A DNA stretch of 64,000 bases from Spirochaetota bacterium (GCA_016214035.1 JACRPF010000014.1:292244-356243); one strand, 5' to 3'. Counted from the first letter of the stretch, positions 9,693 to 18,769 are shown. Made by a program: numbers and translations. The notes: generated by a model not told the origin, from the sequence alone.

Positions 9693-9963
9693 ATTCAGCA
9701 TTGCTGAAACCGAGACGTTTCAGAGCAGTATGCAGAAAAATGAATTCCGCAAGCTGTATAAAAAAATATACGACTACATTTATCCTCAATTGAGGCGTAA
9801 TCCGTATTTCGGGCATAACATAAAAAAATTAAAGGGCGATTATGCGGATATTTACAGATACAGAATCGGCAATCATAGATTATTTTACACTATTGAAGAA
9901 TCAAAAGTAACAGTGTTTATTTTGGATATTGCCGACCGTAAAGACGCATATAAAAAGAAATAA
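9682..9963 (+). CDS. RelE/ParE-family type II toxin (mRNA interferase-like)
   Basis: 93 aa. C-terminal pattern KKLKGDYADIYRYRIGNHRLFYTIEESKVTVFILDIADRKDAY is typical of RelE/StbE. Classic antitoxin-toxin overlap. Confidence 0.8.
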   Translation: MLHEFSIAETETFQSSMQKNEFRKLYKKIYDYIYPQLRRNPYFGHNIKKLKGDYADIYRYRIGNHRLFYTIEESKVTVFILDIADRKDAYKKK

Positions 9964-10032
9964 ACGTACCCGGCAGACACTTGCTGTACTACGCGAGCCG
10001 TCAGGTGCTCATATTTGGGTCTCAATAACCCG

Positions 10033-11535
10033 TCATAAACCCAGCCTTTCACACTGTTCTGCCGCAGCATCACCACGAAGTTTCAGTGACAGCATCATCT
10101 GTTTCATCGCCAGCTGCATCCGTTCTACTTGAGCCGTTTCCTTATCGGCAAGATTCACAAGCTCGTTCATATCAGTACGCTTGTCGGACAACCATGTGGG
10201 TGTATCCCACGACTGTTCATTTATAACCGGACGTTTACCGTCGTTAAAAGCGCCGAGGCCATAGTGCAGGAATTTGGCAAGCGCATACCCGTACCAGTTG
10301 AGCGGCTTATTTTCTGTCTTAGGACTTTGATGCAGTATCCAATTCCCGTCGGTTATCGAGACACTTTTACCGAACTGCCCCATAAGCGCATAGTCCCGCG
10401 TTTTGGCCGATGCATTTTTGAGCACCGGCATAAGATCTACGCCGTGAATCAGCTCCGGCACCGGTTTCCCTGTTGCGCCAAGCACTGTTGGGAATATATC
10501 CACCAGTTGTACAAGCTGCTGCCGTCGTTCATTCTGTGTAAAAGGATTCGCCACAATGAACGGGATATGCCCCACGGCGTCGAACTCATGTGTTTGCAGT
10601 TTGCCGGTACGGCCGTGATCACCGTTGAACGTACCATGATCGGTGGTGAGGATAACGATAGTATCTTTCCACATATCGTGCCGGTCCAGTGTATCCATGA
10701 GATGACCGAGCCAGCGGTCCACTTCAACCACTTTCGCCGCATAGCGCGCCCGTAGGTGTTTGAGCATGCGCTGCGTGAGTTTGCCTTCCCACCGGTCATA
10801 CGGCCATCCGCTTGACCAGCCTTCGACATCATAACCGTCTGCATCGAACATCCTGAGATATTCCTCCGGCGGATCGAGCGGTTCATGCGGGCTGAAGCAG
10901 TCTATATGCAGATAGAAGTCCTTGTGTTCGCGGTTCCGTGTAATCCAATCTGATGCCTTGATGAAATTCTGCGCGGTGAACGTGTCTTCCGGTTTTTTAC
11001 AGATGAAATGCTTATTTCGGAAATGGCGCTCAGTCTTTGCCATCCGGTCCTTTTCCGGGCAGAAGAAATCAACCGGATCGGTATAATAGGCATCAGCCTC
11101 GCAGCCGCGTATCAGATCAAAACCCGAATAACCCATATGATAATTGCCGGCGCCCTGCTCCCAGAGATGAAAATGGTCGCTAATGAGATAACTGACATTA
11201 TGGCCGTGCGCTTTCGACCACTGCATCGATTGATTCGGAGGGCCCGACACGAGCCGCGGCAGGTCGATGTCATCCTCCTCAAGCGGTCCCCAGCCGCGCT
11301 CGAGGAATTCGTAACGCCCGGTGTAGATATCACGACGTGCCGGCATACACGGCGTGCTTCCGCAGAAACAATTTTCAAAGGTAACCCCGCGCGCGGCGAG
11401 GCGGTCCATATTCGGCGTAGGCACAACCCAGTCCGGCGCTTCCCTGCTCCAGCACTGATTGAGCGGCTTACCATGATTATACGGTCCGCAGTGATCGCGT
11501 CGCAGTGTGTCGCAGAGGATGGTAATGACGTTCAT
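10033..11535 (-). CDS. Cys-type (formylglycine-dependent) sulfatase
   Basis: Sulfatase signature C-x-P-x-R in GSTPCMPARRDIYTGRY, an N-terminal metal-binding DTLRRD, and a later LTTDHG motif. GGAG RBS. No signal peptide is obvious. Confidence 0.85.
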   Translation of the reverse strand: MNVITILCDTLRRDHCGPYNHGKPLNQCWSREAPDWVVPTPNMDRLAARGVTFENCFCGSTPCMPARRDIYTGRYEFLERGWGPLEEDDIDLPRLVSGPPNQSMQWSKAHGHNVSYLISDHFHLWEQGAGNYHMGYSGFDLIRGCEADAYYTDPVDFFCPEKDRMAKTERHFRNKHFICKKPEDTFTAQNFIKASDWITRNREHKDFYLHIDCFSPHEPLDPPEEYLRMFDADGYDVEGWSSGWPYDRWEGKLTQRMLKHLRARYAAKVVEVDRWLGHLMDTLDRHDMWKDTIVILTTDHGTFNGDHGRTGKLQTHEFDAVGHIPFIVANPFTQNERRQQLVQLVDIFPTVLGATGKPVPELIHGVDLMPVLKNASAKTRDYALMGQFGKSVSITDGNWILHQSPKTENKPLNWYGYALAKFLHYGLGAFNDGKRPVINEQSWDTPTWLSDKRTDMNELVNLADKETAQVERMQLAMKQMMLSLKLRGDAAAEQCERLGL

Positions 11536-11919
11536 GTGAACTCCGGCAAAAATAAGTAGATTTAGTATACTATTGTTTTATTAAAACGAGAATAGACTGA
11601 AATGATCGCCATGGACAGAATTGAACCGCGGCACCACTCGCCTCGGGGCATCCAAACACCATGACTTGCGCTTGAAATACAACAACTTCATATTCAAAAT
11701 ACATCTACACGCGATGAGCGGAGAGAAGAAATGTCTTTCTGAGCATCGTGCATATAAGTCAACAATTTAGAATAATCACTATTTATTATAAACGATAAAG
11801 TATGAGAGCGGCTGGATGCGTGGCCATGGATGGCCAAGGGAGGCGGCGGCACGGATGCCGCTAAGCCGACCAGCGATCCAATTGTTGTCCATTATAGATT
11901 TTGCAATATCATTTTTAAC

Positions 11920-12054
11920 GTCGCTTTCGCGGTGCATCCAGCACCGCTTGCGCTCGGCGTTAGCGCGGAAAAAACCGTTTTCACGTTATTGTCGCGCATC
12001 CGACGCGCGGTGATTACGGACATTTAAGCCCGTTATCGTTTTGTTTCCTCCGCG
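11920..12054 (-). repeat. Copy B of a ~130-nt dispersed 3'-of-gene repeat (other copy at 58577-58704)
   Basis: Starts at the first base after the priA stop, in priA orientation. Shares a 22/22-nt core GATGCGCGACAATAACGTGAAA (11979-12000, reverse complement) and the GC hairpin GCGGTGC-N5-GCACCGC (11929-11947) with the copy after yajQ. Confidence 0.6.
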
Positions 12055-14034
12055 CTACAACATATTATACGGGTCCACATCTATCTCCACATAATCATCC
12101 TTCCTCGGGCGGAATTTCGTCCGCACATGCTCCACAAGGCTGGTCACCATTTTCGGCGACATTATCTTCAGGATGATATGCCAGCGGTAATATTTCTTGA
12201 GTTTCGCTATCGGACAGGGTGCCGGACCCAGTATCGCAAGCGACGACTTTCCCTCATGCGGCGATATCATGCCGTGTATGGAAGCGGCATCAGCCTTAAC
12301 CGCGGCTTCGTTCATGCCGCGAATAACAAAACGCACCAGACGCGAGAACGGCGGATACCGGAGCGATTCACGGAGCGCTATCTCATCCTTATAGAACGCA
12401 TTATAATCATGCTCCTGTGCATGACGTATCGTGTAATGGTCCGGATTATAGGTCTGCACATACACCACTCCCGGTGCATCGCCACGGCCGCAGCGGCCAG
12501 AAACCTGAGTGATAAGCGAGAATGTCCGTTCGGCTGCTCTGAAATCGGGAAAGCCGAGTCCCGTATCGGCAGACAAAACGCCCACCAGCGTAACGCCGGG
12601 AAAGTGAAGCCCCTTGGATATCATCTGCGTTCCCACAAGTATATCCGTCTTTCCGGCGGCGAACTCACCAAGTATCTTTTCATACGCTCCGGCCTCGCGC
12701 GTTGAATCATGGTCCATCCGCGCTATGCGGGCTTTCGGAAACAGCGTGGCTATCTCAGATTCAACCTTTTCCGTACCGGTGCCCATCAGCGAGACCTCGC
12801 CCGCCCCGCATTCCTTGCAGGTAGTCTCGTACTTTCTTGAATAGCCGCAATAGTGACAGAGCAGCGTATTTTTATTCTTGTGATAGGTCAGTGTAATGCT
12901 GCAGTGCGGACAATCCGCCGTTTTGCCGCATTGCGGACATACGACAACCGGCGAATGACCTTTACGGTTGAGAAACAATATCACCTGCTGCTTCTTGTCA
13001 AGCGCTTCATGTACCGCTTCTACGAGTACGCCGCTCATCGCGGGGAACACATCGGACTTTTTCGCCGTGCGCATATCGATGACGTTCACCTTCGGCAGTA
13101 CGGTCGCGCCGACACGCTGACTGAGCGTGAGCAGTGTGACACCGCCGCCGGAACGTGCGTGATAAAACGTCTCAAGCGCCGGCGTGGCGCTTCCAAGCAC
13201 GAGCACCGCGCGCTCCTGCTTCATCCGCCAGAACGCTATCTGCCGGGCATGATAGCGCGGCGTTTCGGATGATTTATAGCTTCCCTCATGTTCTTCGTCG
13301 ATGACAATAAGCCCGAGCTCCTGTGCCGGCGAAAATATCGCCGAGCGCGCTCCAACGACAATGCGTATCTCACCGCTCCGTATGCGCTGCCAGTAGCGGT
13401 ACTTCTCTGTTTTCGGAAGCCTGCTGTGAAGCACGGCGATGTGTCCCGCAAACCGCCGTTCGAAACGTTCGATGGTCTGCGGCGTGAGCGATATTTCGGG
13501 AATGGCGACGATGGATTGTTTCCCAAGCGTCAGTGCGCGGTCAATGGCCCGAAGATATATTTCTGTTTTACCGCTCCCGGTAACACCGTAGAGCAGAAAT
13601 GCTTTCGGTTCTTTTGTACCCAGTGCATCAGAAACTTCGGCGAATGCACTCACCTGCTCCGCATTCAATGTAAGCTGCGTCTCGGGAATATCAGTTCTGT
13701 CTTTGACGGTTTTTATCCGTTTCGGCGGATCACCTGCGGGAAGTGCCGCGAACAGCGCCTCACCGTACGAGCAGTGATAATAACCCGCCATCCATTGCGC
13801 CAGTTTGAAATGCATTTCATCGCATATCGGAGCGGCGTCGATGACCGACTCAACGGATTTCATGCCGGGAATACCGTCCGCGCGTTCCGTTTCACTCACG
13901 ACAATACCTTTTACGGTGCGTGAACGCAACGGCGCCAGTACACGGCAGCCGATAAGACTTTCCGTGACAGCTTCGGGTTTTCGATAGGTTAACGGTTCGT
14001 TGAGCGGTGTATTAAAGACTACCTGAACATACAT
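12055..14034 (-). CDS. priA: Primosomal protein N' (replication restart helicase PriA)
   Basis: Walker A GVTGSGKTE, DEEH box VIDEEHE, Cys-rich zinc module CPQCGKTADCPHCSITLTYHKNKNTLLCHYCGY...CKECG. Confidence 0.95.
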   Translation of the reverse strand: MYVQVVFNTPLNEPLTYRKPEAVTESLIGCRVLAPLRSRTVKGIVVSETERADGIPGMKSVESVIDAAPICDEMHFKLAQWMAGYYHCSYGEALFAALPAGDPPKRIKTVKDRTDIPETQLTLNAEQVSAFAEVSDALGTKEPKAFLLYGVTGSGKTEIYLRAIDRALTLGKQSIVAIPEISLTPQTIERFERRFAGHIAVLHSRLPKTEKYRYWQRIRSGEIRIVVGARSAIFSPAQELGLIVIDEEHEGSYKSSETPRYHARQIAFWRMKQERAVLVLGSATPALETFYHARSGGGVTLLTLSQRVGATVLPKVNVIDMRTAKKSDVFPAMSGVLVEAVHEALDKKQQVILFLNRKGHSPVVVCPQCGKTADCPHCSITLTYHKNKNTLLCHYCGYSRKYETTCKECGAGEVSLMGTGTEKVESEIATLFPKARIARMDHDSTREAGAYEKILGEFAAGKTDILVGTQMISKGLHFPGVTLVGVLSADTGLGFPDFRAAERTFSLITQVSGRCGRGDAPGVVYVQTYNPDHYTIRHAQEHDYNAFYKDEIALRESLRYPPFSRLVRFVIRGMNEAAVKADAASIHGMISPHEGKSSLAILGPAPCPIAKLKKYYRWHIILKIMSPKMVTSLVEHVRTKFRPRKDDYVEIDVDPYNML

Positions 14035-14048
14035 GCGGCCGCTTTTTC

Positions 14049-14423
14049 TTACTGCTCCGTCGTCTTAAGCTTCTTCTTTTCTTCTTCCTGCTTAGCGGAA
14101 CATTTCACACAGCGCAATGCATGAGGAATTGCATCAAGGCGGTTCTCTTCAATATCGCATCCGCAATCGGCGCATTGACCGTAGGTGCCTTCCTGAATGC
14201 GCTTCAGCGCAGCGTTGATGCGCTCCAGTCTGTTCTTTTCGTTCTGCGACAGCCCCACCAGAAGCTGTTTTTCATACGCTTGAAATGCAACATCGAGAAT
14301 ATCTACTTCTTCCTGTTCCTTCAGCGAATTGTAACTTTCATTTTCCTGCAGCAGTTCTTCCATGACCTCCTGCTTTTCTTTGACAAGGACGTCCTTGAAC
14401 TTCTTAAGACTCTTCTGATTCAT
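14049..14423 (-). CDS. DksA/TraR-family C4 zinc-finger protein
   Basis: C-terminal GTYGQCADCGCDIEENRLDAIPHALRCVKC (CxxC-N17-CxxC). I shortened the ORF to the ATG at 14423 because AGGAGG lies 5 nt upstream and this removes the overlap with the upstream gene. The track ORF extends to 14504. Confidence 0.8.
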   Translation of the reverse strand: MNQKSLKKFKDVLVKEKQEVMEELLQENESYNSLKEQEEVDILDVAFQAYEKQLLVGLSQNEKNRLERINAALKRIQEGTYGQCADCGCDIEENRLDAIPHALRCVKCSAKQEEEKKKLKTTEQ

Positions 14424-14454
14424 TGCTGCCTCCTGAAAAAGGTGTGCTATTCTA

Positions 14455-15798
14455 CTATGTTTGTTTGAGTTGTGCAAGCATTTTTTGGAGTTTTTCTCCG
14501 TCAATAAGGTCTACGGCATAGCGCTCCGAGGTCTTGATTGCTGCATCGGTAAAGAACGACGGGGTTATGATAATGCCCCTGTCGGCCCGGTGTTCCTGCA
14601 CTTTCGAGAGTAATTCACGAATATGGAGCTCGCCGATGGGGTTTATCCATTTTCCCGCCTCTACGATGGTCTCGAATATCGATGCCCCCTGTTTATATGC
14701 GGTGTATAACCGTATCTTCTCCGGCGTCACTTCCTCTTTATTGATGGTATGACCCATCTTTACCATTATTTTTTTTATCGATGCGAGAAATTCGTTCGCA
14801 GACATGCCGAGAAGACGGTCAAGCTCAGTTCCTTTGCCGCTTTTCAATCGGCCGAACGTGTTGATCTTGTCCTGCACATCACGGTACGCAGGCTGTATCG
14901 CATAGATGCGCTCCCAATACTGCAGCGCATTGCTTATCTTGCCTTCAGTAGCCCGTATCTGCGCGAGATAATACAGCGCTGAAAGCGAATCCTCATCAGT
15001 GCCGCCGCCCTTCACCGCTTCCTCGAGTATGCCGGATGCCGCGGCAAAATTACCTGTCTCAAAATAACAGATGCCGATCTTCACTCTGCTGCGCGATGCC
15101 CATAACGGGCTTTTCGCCGCCTGTTCAAAATAGCGGGTGGCGACACTCAACTTCTTTGTTTCCTGCGCGGCCATACCCATATGAAAATACATCTCCGCAT
15201 CGGCGGTTCCCATTTCCAGCGCCCGCACAAAAGCGGCAAATGCATCATCAAAATTCCCGCTGCGGTAATAGGTCATGCCGAGTGCCCGGGATACGGAGCC
15301 GTTCTGGGGTTCAAGCACAAGCGCCTTTCTGAGCGCAGCCACAGCCTTGGTGGAATCGCCTTTGCTAAGCGCAAGCTCCGCGAGCCGGATCTGCACCGCG
15401 GCGGAATCCGGTTTGAGCTTGGCCATGAGCTCAATCTCCTGCTCGGCGGAAGCGATATCCTCCCGTTTCAGATAAATATCAGCAAGCCGTGCGCGAAGAT
15501 CGAACTCCCGGAACAGTTCACTCGAGCCTTTTCGTCTGGCAAGATCGGAATACAGACGAAGCGCTTTATCGAATGATTTTTTGGCCTCATAACAGCGTGC
15601 GAGATACCATTTATAATCGACGTCAGCGGGACGTGATTTTGAAAGTTTGTCAAAAATAGCGAGTGCGGCATCGAAATTACCCTGCTCAAAATACCGTATT
15701 GCCTTCTGCGTCCCTGAGCCCGATCCGGTAAGCACAATGGCAATAACGATAAGCCCTATGCCGAATATAATACTGGCTATGATAATGGCAATCGTCAT
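14455..15798 (-). CDS. Membrane-anchored TPR-repeat protein with C-terminal Mrr-like (restriction-endonuclease-fold) domain
   Basis: N-terminal TM helix MTIAIIIASIIFGIGLIVIAIVL, followed by ~8 TPR-like repeats. The last ~110 aa (FLASIKKIMVKMGH...IVEAGKW...ELLSKVQEHRADRGIIITPSFFTDAA...DLIDGEKL) resemble Mrr_cat, but the canonical D...(E/Q)xK is not clear. Confidence 0.6.
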   Translation of the reverse strand: MTIAIIIASIIFGIGLIVIAIVLTGSGSGTQKAIRYFEQGNFDAALAIFDKLSKSRPADVDYKWYLARCYEAKKSFDKALRLYSDLARRKGSSELFREFDLRARLADIYLKREDIASAEQEIELMAKLKPDSAAVQIRLAELALSKGDSTKAVAALRKALVLEPQNGSVSRALGMTYYRSGNFDDAFAAFVRALEMGTADAEMYFHMGMAAQETKKLSVATRYFEQAAKSPLWASRSRVKIGICYFETGNFAAASGILEEAVKGGGTDEDSLSALYYLAQIRATEGKISNALQYWERIYAIQPAYRDVQDKINTFGRLKSGKGTELDRLLGMSANEFLASIKKIMVKMGHTINKEEVTPEKIRLYTAYKQGASIFETIVEAGKWINPIGELHIRELLSKVQEHRADRGIIITPSFFTDAAIKTSERYAVDLIDGEKLQKMLAQLKQT

Positions 15799-15906
15799 GA
15801 AAAACTACCCTCGATAGTACGCTCGAATGAACGGAACCGTATTCTACCCCATCGCCCCCCTTTGTCAAGGAGACGCGGGTGATAATGCGATACGGCAGGC
15901 CGTGTT

Positions 15907-17229
15907 TTATCGTTTCAGCGGTGAATATTCCCTGCGCATATCGCCTGTGCGGAGCACTTCGATAATCTTATAGGTGCCGCATTTGCGCGCCTTGAGGAAA
16001 CCGGCCCACGATGCTTCGGCGAGACGCCCCTGCGCAAGCAAATCAAACAGCCATTCGCTTGTATATCGCGGATCGTATTGATCAAGCCCCGCCTGTATCT
16101 CGAACAGCCAGCGGCGGTTATACTCTTCGTGCGAACCGATGGGTTCGGTAAGGAGCATCGGCAGACCGAGCGCGCTGTAGAATGAAAGCTCGGACGGTTT
16201 TGTCCAGAGTATATCAGTGGTGCGGAGCGCGGCGTTGAATGCCGTGAAGTATCCCTCATGTGTTTTTGAAAAAACGATGTGAAGATGCGGCGGATTACCG
16301 AGTTCTTTCATCACCTGCATGAAATACGCGTTCACGTCAACACGCACACCGGCAACAAGATTGAGCGCGATTTCGCCGGCATGCAGCCGTTTTGCAAGCG
16401 ACCGGGCGACCGCAGCCCCTGTTTCCGCCTGCGCCCCTGCGCCGCCAACCGCAAAAGTGACGGTCAGTACGCGTTTGGGTTTTTTATTTTCCGCATGGAC
16501 ACCGAGGAAGTGCGCCACGTTCTTTCCGTGCAGCGGCCAGAACCGGTGATACGGATCGAGCATGCGAAGTCTGAGCGACAGATCGTTTTTCAGTATCGAA
16601 AGATTTTCATCGCCGAGCAGTTCCGTCGGCAGCGGGAAACCGGTGAGATAGATGCGTTCATCGGGAACACCGTATTCCTTAAGTCTTCTGAGCGCCATGC
16701 CGCACGGAGCGAAATAGACTATCCTGCTCTGCTTCGGATCGGCGGCCACCCATGCGCGGTTCGCGTCGGCGTCGCAGATGATGCAGTAGGGACGAGAGAC
16801 GTTCTTCATATCGGCGGCGAGTGCGGGCGCATAGAACGGTGTCACCAGCGGAAGCGGTTTTGTGGCAATGTGTTCAAGCATGCCGCGGCAGAGCCCTCCG
16901 CGTATGAAACGCTGGATGATATGCACTTGCATCGACGGATGTGAAAGATCGCGCATCGGATAGAGCGGCGGTATATAGAGTATGGAATCGAGTATCTTGA
17001 AGAGAAACTTTCCGATCAGCGGAATCATCCGCAGGCGTGAAAGAAATTCATAGCCGCCCTGCAGCTGTTTCCACTGCTTGGCTTCTTTGGGAGACGTGGC
17101 CTTGTCGTAGCCGACGGTGATAATTCCTTCCTCGGCAATGTGCCGGAGAGCCCACGCCGCACGAAGATGGCCGAGTCCCATATTCGCGGTTACTACCCAT
17201 GCGGATACGCTTTTTTTCTTGCTGCCCAT
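15907..17229 (-). CDS. GT28/MGDG-synthase-like glycosyltransferase (UgtP/MurG superfamily)
   Basis: N-terminal VVTANMGLGHLRAA and C-terminal WTKPSELSFYSALGLPMLLTEPIGSHEEYN match the MGDG-synthase/GT28 pattern. The start is moved to the ATG at 17229 (MGSKKK, GAGGA upstream); the track ORF extends to 17322. Confidence 0.5.
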   Translation of the reverse strand: MGSKKKSVSAWVVTANMGLGHLRAAWALRHIAEEGIITVGYDKATSPKEAKQWKQLQGGYEFLSRLRMIPLIGKFLFKILDSILYIPPLYPMRDLSHPSMQVHIIQRFIRGGLCRGMLEHIATKPLPLVTPFYAPALAADMKNVSRPYCIICDADANRAWVAADPKQSRIVYFAPCGMALRRLKEYGVPDERIYLTGFPLPTELLGDENLSILKNDLSLRLRMLDPYHRFWPLHGKNVAHFLGVHAENKKPKRVLTVTFAVGGAGAQAETGAAVARSLAKRLHAGEIALNLVAGVRVDVNAYFMQVMKELGNPPHLHIVFSKTHEGYFTAFNAALRTTDILWTKPSELSFYSALGLPMLLTEPIGSHEEYNRRWLFEIQAGLDQYDPRYTSEWLFDLLAQGRLAEASWAGFLKARKCGTYKIIEVLRTGDMRREYSPLKR

Positions 17230-17470
17230 GACGTGCGTCCTCACTACGATGTGCCGATTCCGCAGATGCCTGCGGGAGCCGGCGTACACATTGGTCCGGC
17301 ATATAATAAGCTTGTAGCGCAAAAAAACAAGTACTTTCAGTTATTTTTTACGATGCCTGATGCTTGTACAACAGCTGTTACCGGCGTATACTGTTACAGC
17401 GCGGGAACATTGCCGCAAGCGATTAATGATGAAAACACACAGCCCGAATATGAGCACGTCGGAGAAAGGC

Positions 17471-18325
17471 ATGCATGAGCGTACAACCGGTGACGGCAGT
17501 ATCACATGTTTTTCCGATGAATACGGCGAACATTATCACTCGCTATCGGGTGCGGCAACCGAGGCGCGTGAAAAGTTCGCAGCCCCGGCGCTGAAGACTA
17601 CCGGAATTGTAACGCAGAAAAACATCACGATACTCGATATCGGTTTCGGACTCGGATACAACGCGGTGAGCGCACTTGAGCTGTTAAAGGCGGAAAACCC
17701 CTCATGCCGGATAACAATTCATTCACTTGAAAAACATGCATCGGTACTTCCCGCGGCACTGCGGGTCCATAACGGTTCATCGGACCATGAAATATGTTCG
17801 TATATGAACGGCGTCTGCACTGACGGCACATACAACACTGAAAAATTGAATGCGCGTCTTTTTATCAGTGATGCGCGGACATACATCAAAGAATGTACAA
17901 CCCGATATGACGCCATATTCCTTGATGCATTCTCGACAAAGAAGAACACCGAACTCTGGACGTATGACTTCTTTCTCGAGCTCAAACGTTGTCTGCAACC
18001 GCATGGTATTTTAGTAACATACAGTGCCGCGTACCCGGTAATCAGCGGCCTTCTGGCTGCCGGGCTCCATATCCGCGAAACACCGGCGGTGGGCCGCTCG
18101 GTCGGCGGCATCATCGCATCCTGCGTGGAATATCATTCATTTGCGGAGCTTAACGAAGAACGACAGCGCGAACGTCTTGCCACTACGGGAGTTCTCATGT
18201 ACCGCGATGAAACACTCAGCACAACGCCGGAAGATATTCTCGCGCGATATGAGCGTGAAAAAGCCGAACTCAAAGCCCGCGGCGTTCCATCGATAAAAAG
18301 ATACCGAAAAGACAATGACGCTTGA
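17471..18325 (+). CDS. MnmC-like SAM-dependent methyltransferase (DUF752 / tRNA mnm5s2U methyltransferase-domain family)
   Basis: GDGSITCFSDEYGEHYHS, ILDIGFGLGYN and YDAIFLDAFSTKKNTELWTYDFF match the MnmC methyltransferase-domain pattern. The start is chosen at 17471 (GGAG 6 nt upstream); in-frame upstream starts exist back to 17360. Confidence 0.65.
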   Translation: MHERTTGDGSITCFSDEYGEHYHSLSGAATEAREKFAAPALKTTGIVTQKNITILDIGFGLGYNAVSALELLKAENPSCRITIHSLEKHASVLPAALRVHNGSSDHEICSYMNGVCTDGTYNTEKLNARLFISDARTYIKECTTRYDAIFLDAFSTKKNTELWTYDFFLELKRCLQPHGILVTYSAAYPVISGLLAAGLHIRETPAVGRSVGGIIASCVEYHSFAELNEERQRERLATTGVLMYRDETLSTTPEDILARYEREKAELKARGVPSIKRYRKDNDA

Positions 18326-18382
18326 TAATCGCAAAATGAGCTGACTTTTATACCATATATCAAAAAAACGGACATAGGGGTA

Positions 18383-18410
18383 TTGACAAAATTGACAGAT
18401 AAAATATACT
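18383..18410 (+). promoter_or_regulatory. Sigma70-type promoter of the tRNA cluster
   Basis: TTGACA (18383-18388), 16-nt spacer, TATACT (18405-18410). Sits 17 nt upstream of tRNA-Pro. Confidence 0.55.
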
Positions 18411-18426
18411 CACGCCTCACTATCCA

Positions 18427-18500
18427 CGGGACGTAGCGCAATTGGCTAGCGTACCTGGTTTGGGACCAGGGGGTTGCCGGTTCGACCCCGGCCGTCCCGA
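18427..18500 (+). tRNA. tRNA-Pro (anticodon TGG)
   Basis: Hand-folded cloverleaf: acceptor CGGGACG/CGTCCCG, anticodon stem CCTGG/CCAGG with loop TTTGGGA, T-arm GCCGG-TTCGACC-CCGGC. No encoded CCA. Confidence 0.9.
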
Positions 18501-18508
18501 AACGTAGT

Positions 18509-18582
18509 GCGCCTGTAGCTCACTTGGATAGAGCATCTGCCTTCTAAGCAGAATGTAGCAAGTTCGACTCTTGCCAGGCGCG
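18509..18582 (+). tRNA. tRNA-Arg (anticodon TCT)
   Basis: Acceptor GCGCCTG/CAGGCGC, anticodon stem TCTGC/GCAGA with loop CTTCTAA, T-arm GCAAG-TTCGACT-CTTGC. Confidence 0.9.
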
Positions 18583-18593
18583 TGAGCGAATAT

Positions 18594-18668
18594 GGCGAAT
18601 GTAGTTCAATTGGTTAGAGCGCAAGATTGTGGATCTTGATGTTGCGGGTTCAAGTCCCGTCATTCGCC
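18594..18668 (+). tRNA. tRNA-His (anticodon GTG) with genome-encoded G-1
   Basis: Acceptor GCGAATG/CATTCGC preceded by an extra G that pairs with discriminator C. Anticodon stem CAAGA/TCTTG with loop TTGTGGA. T-arm GCGGG-TTCAAGT-CCCGT. Confidence 0.9.
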
Positions 18669-18695
18669 CAGATGGAGGCGCTGGCCTCCCAAAAT

Positions 18696-18769
<74 letters not shown>

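Noticed and set aside
9330-9701. 123-aa minus-strand ORF overlapping the antitoxin gene
   Set aside because: It is antisense to a well-supported RHH/RelE pair and is AT-rich with low complexity.
10129-11559. Several 120-208-aa ORFs antisense or out of frame within the sulfatase gene
   Set aside because: The sulfatase frame carries the diagnostic CxPxR and LTTDHG motifs. The alternative frames are Arg-rich chance ORFs, typical of GC-richer DNA.
18674-18689. Small hairpin GGAGGC-gctg-GCCTCC in the spacer between tRNA-His and tRNA-Arg
   Set aside because: It is probably just a processing-spacer structure. It is too short for any claim beyond noting it.
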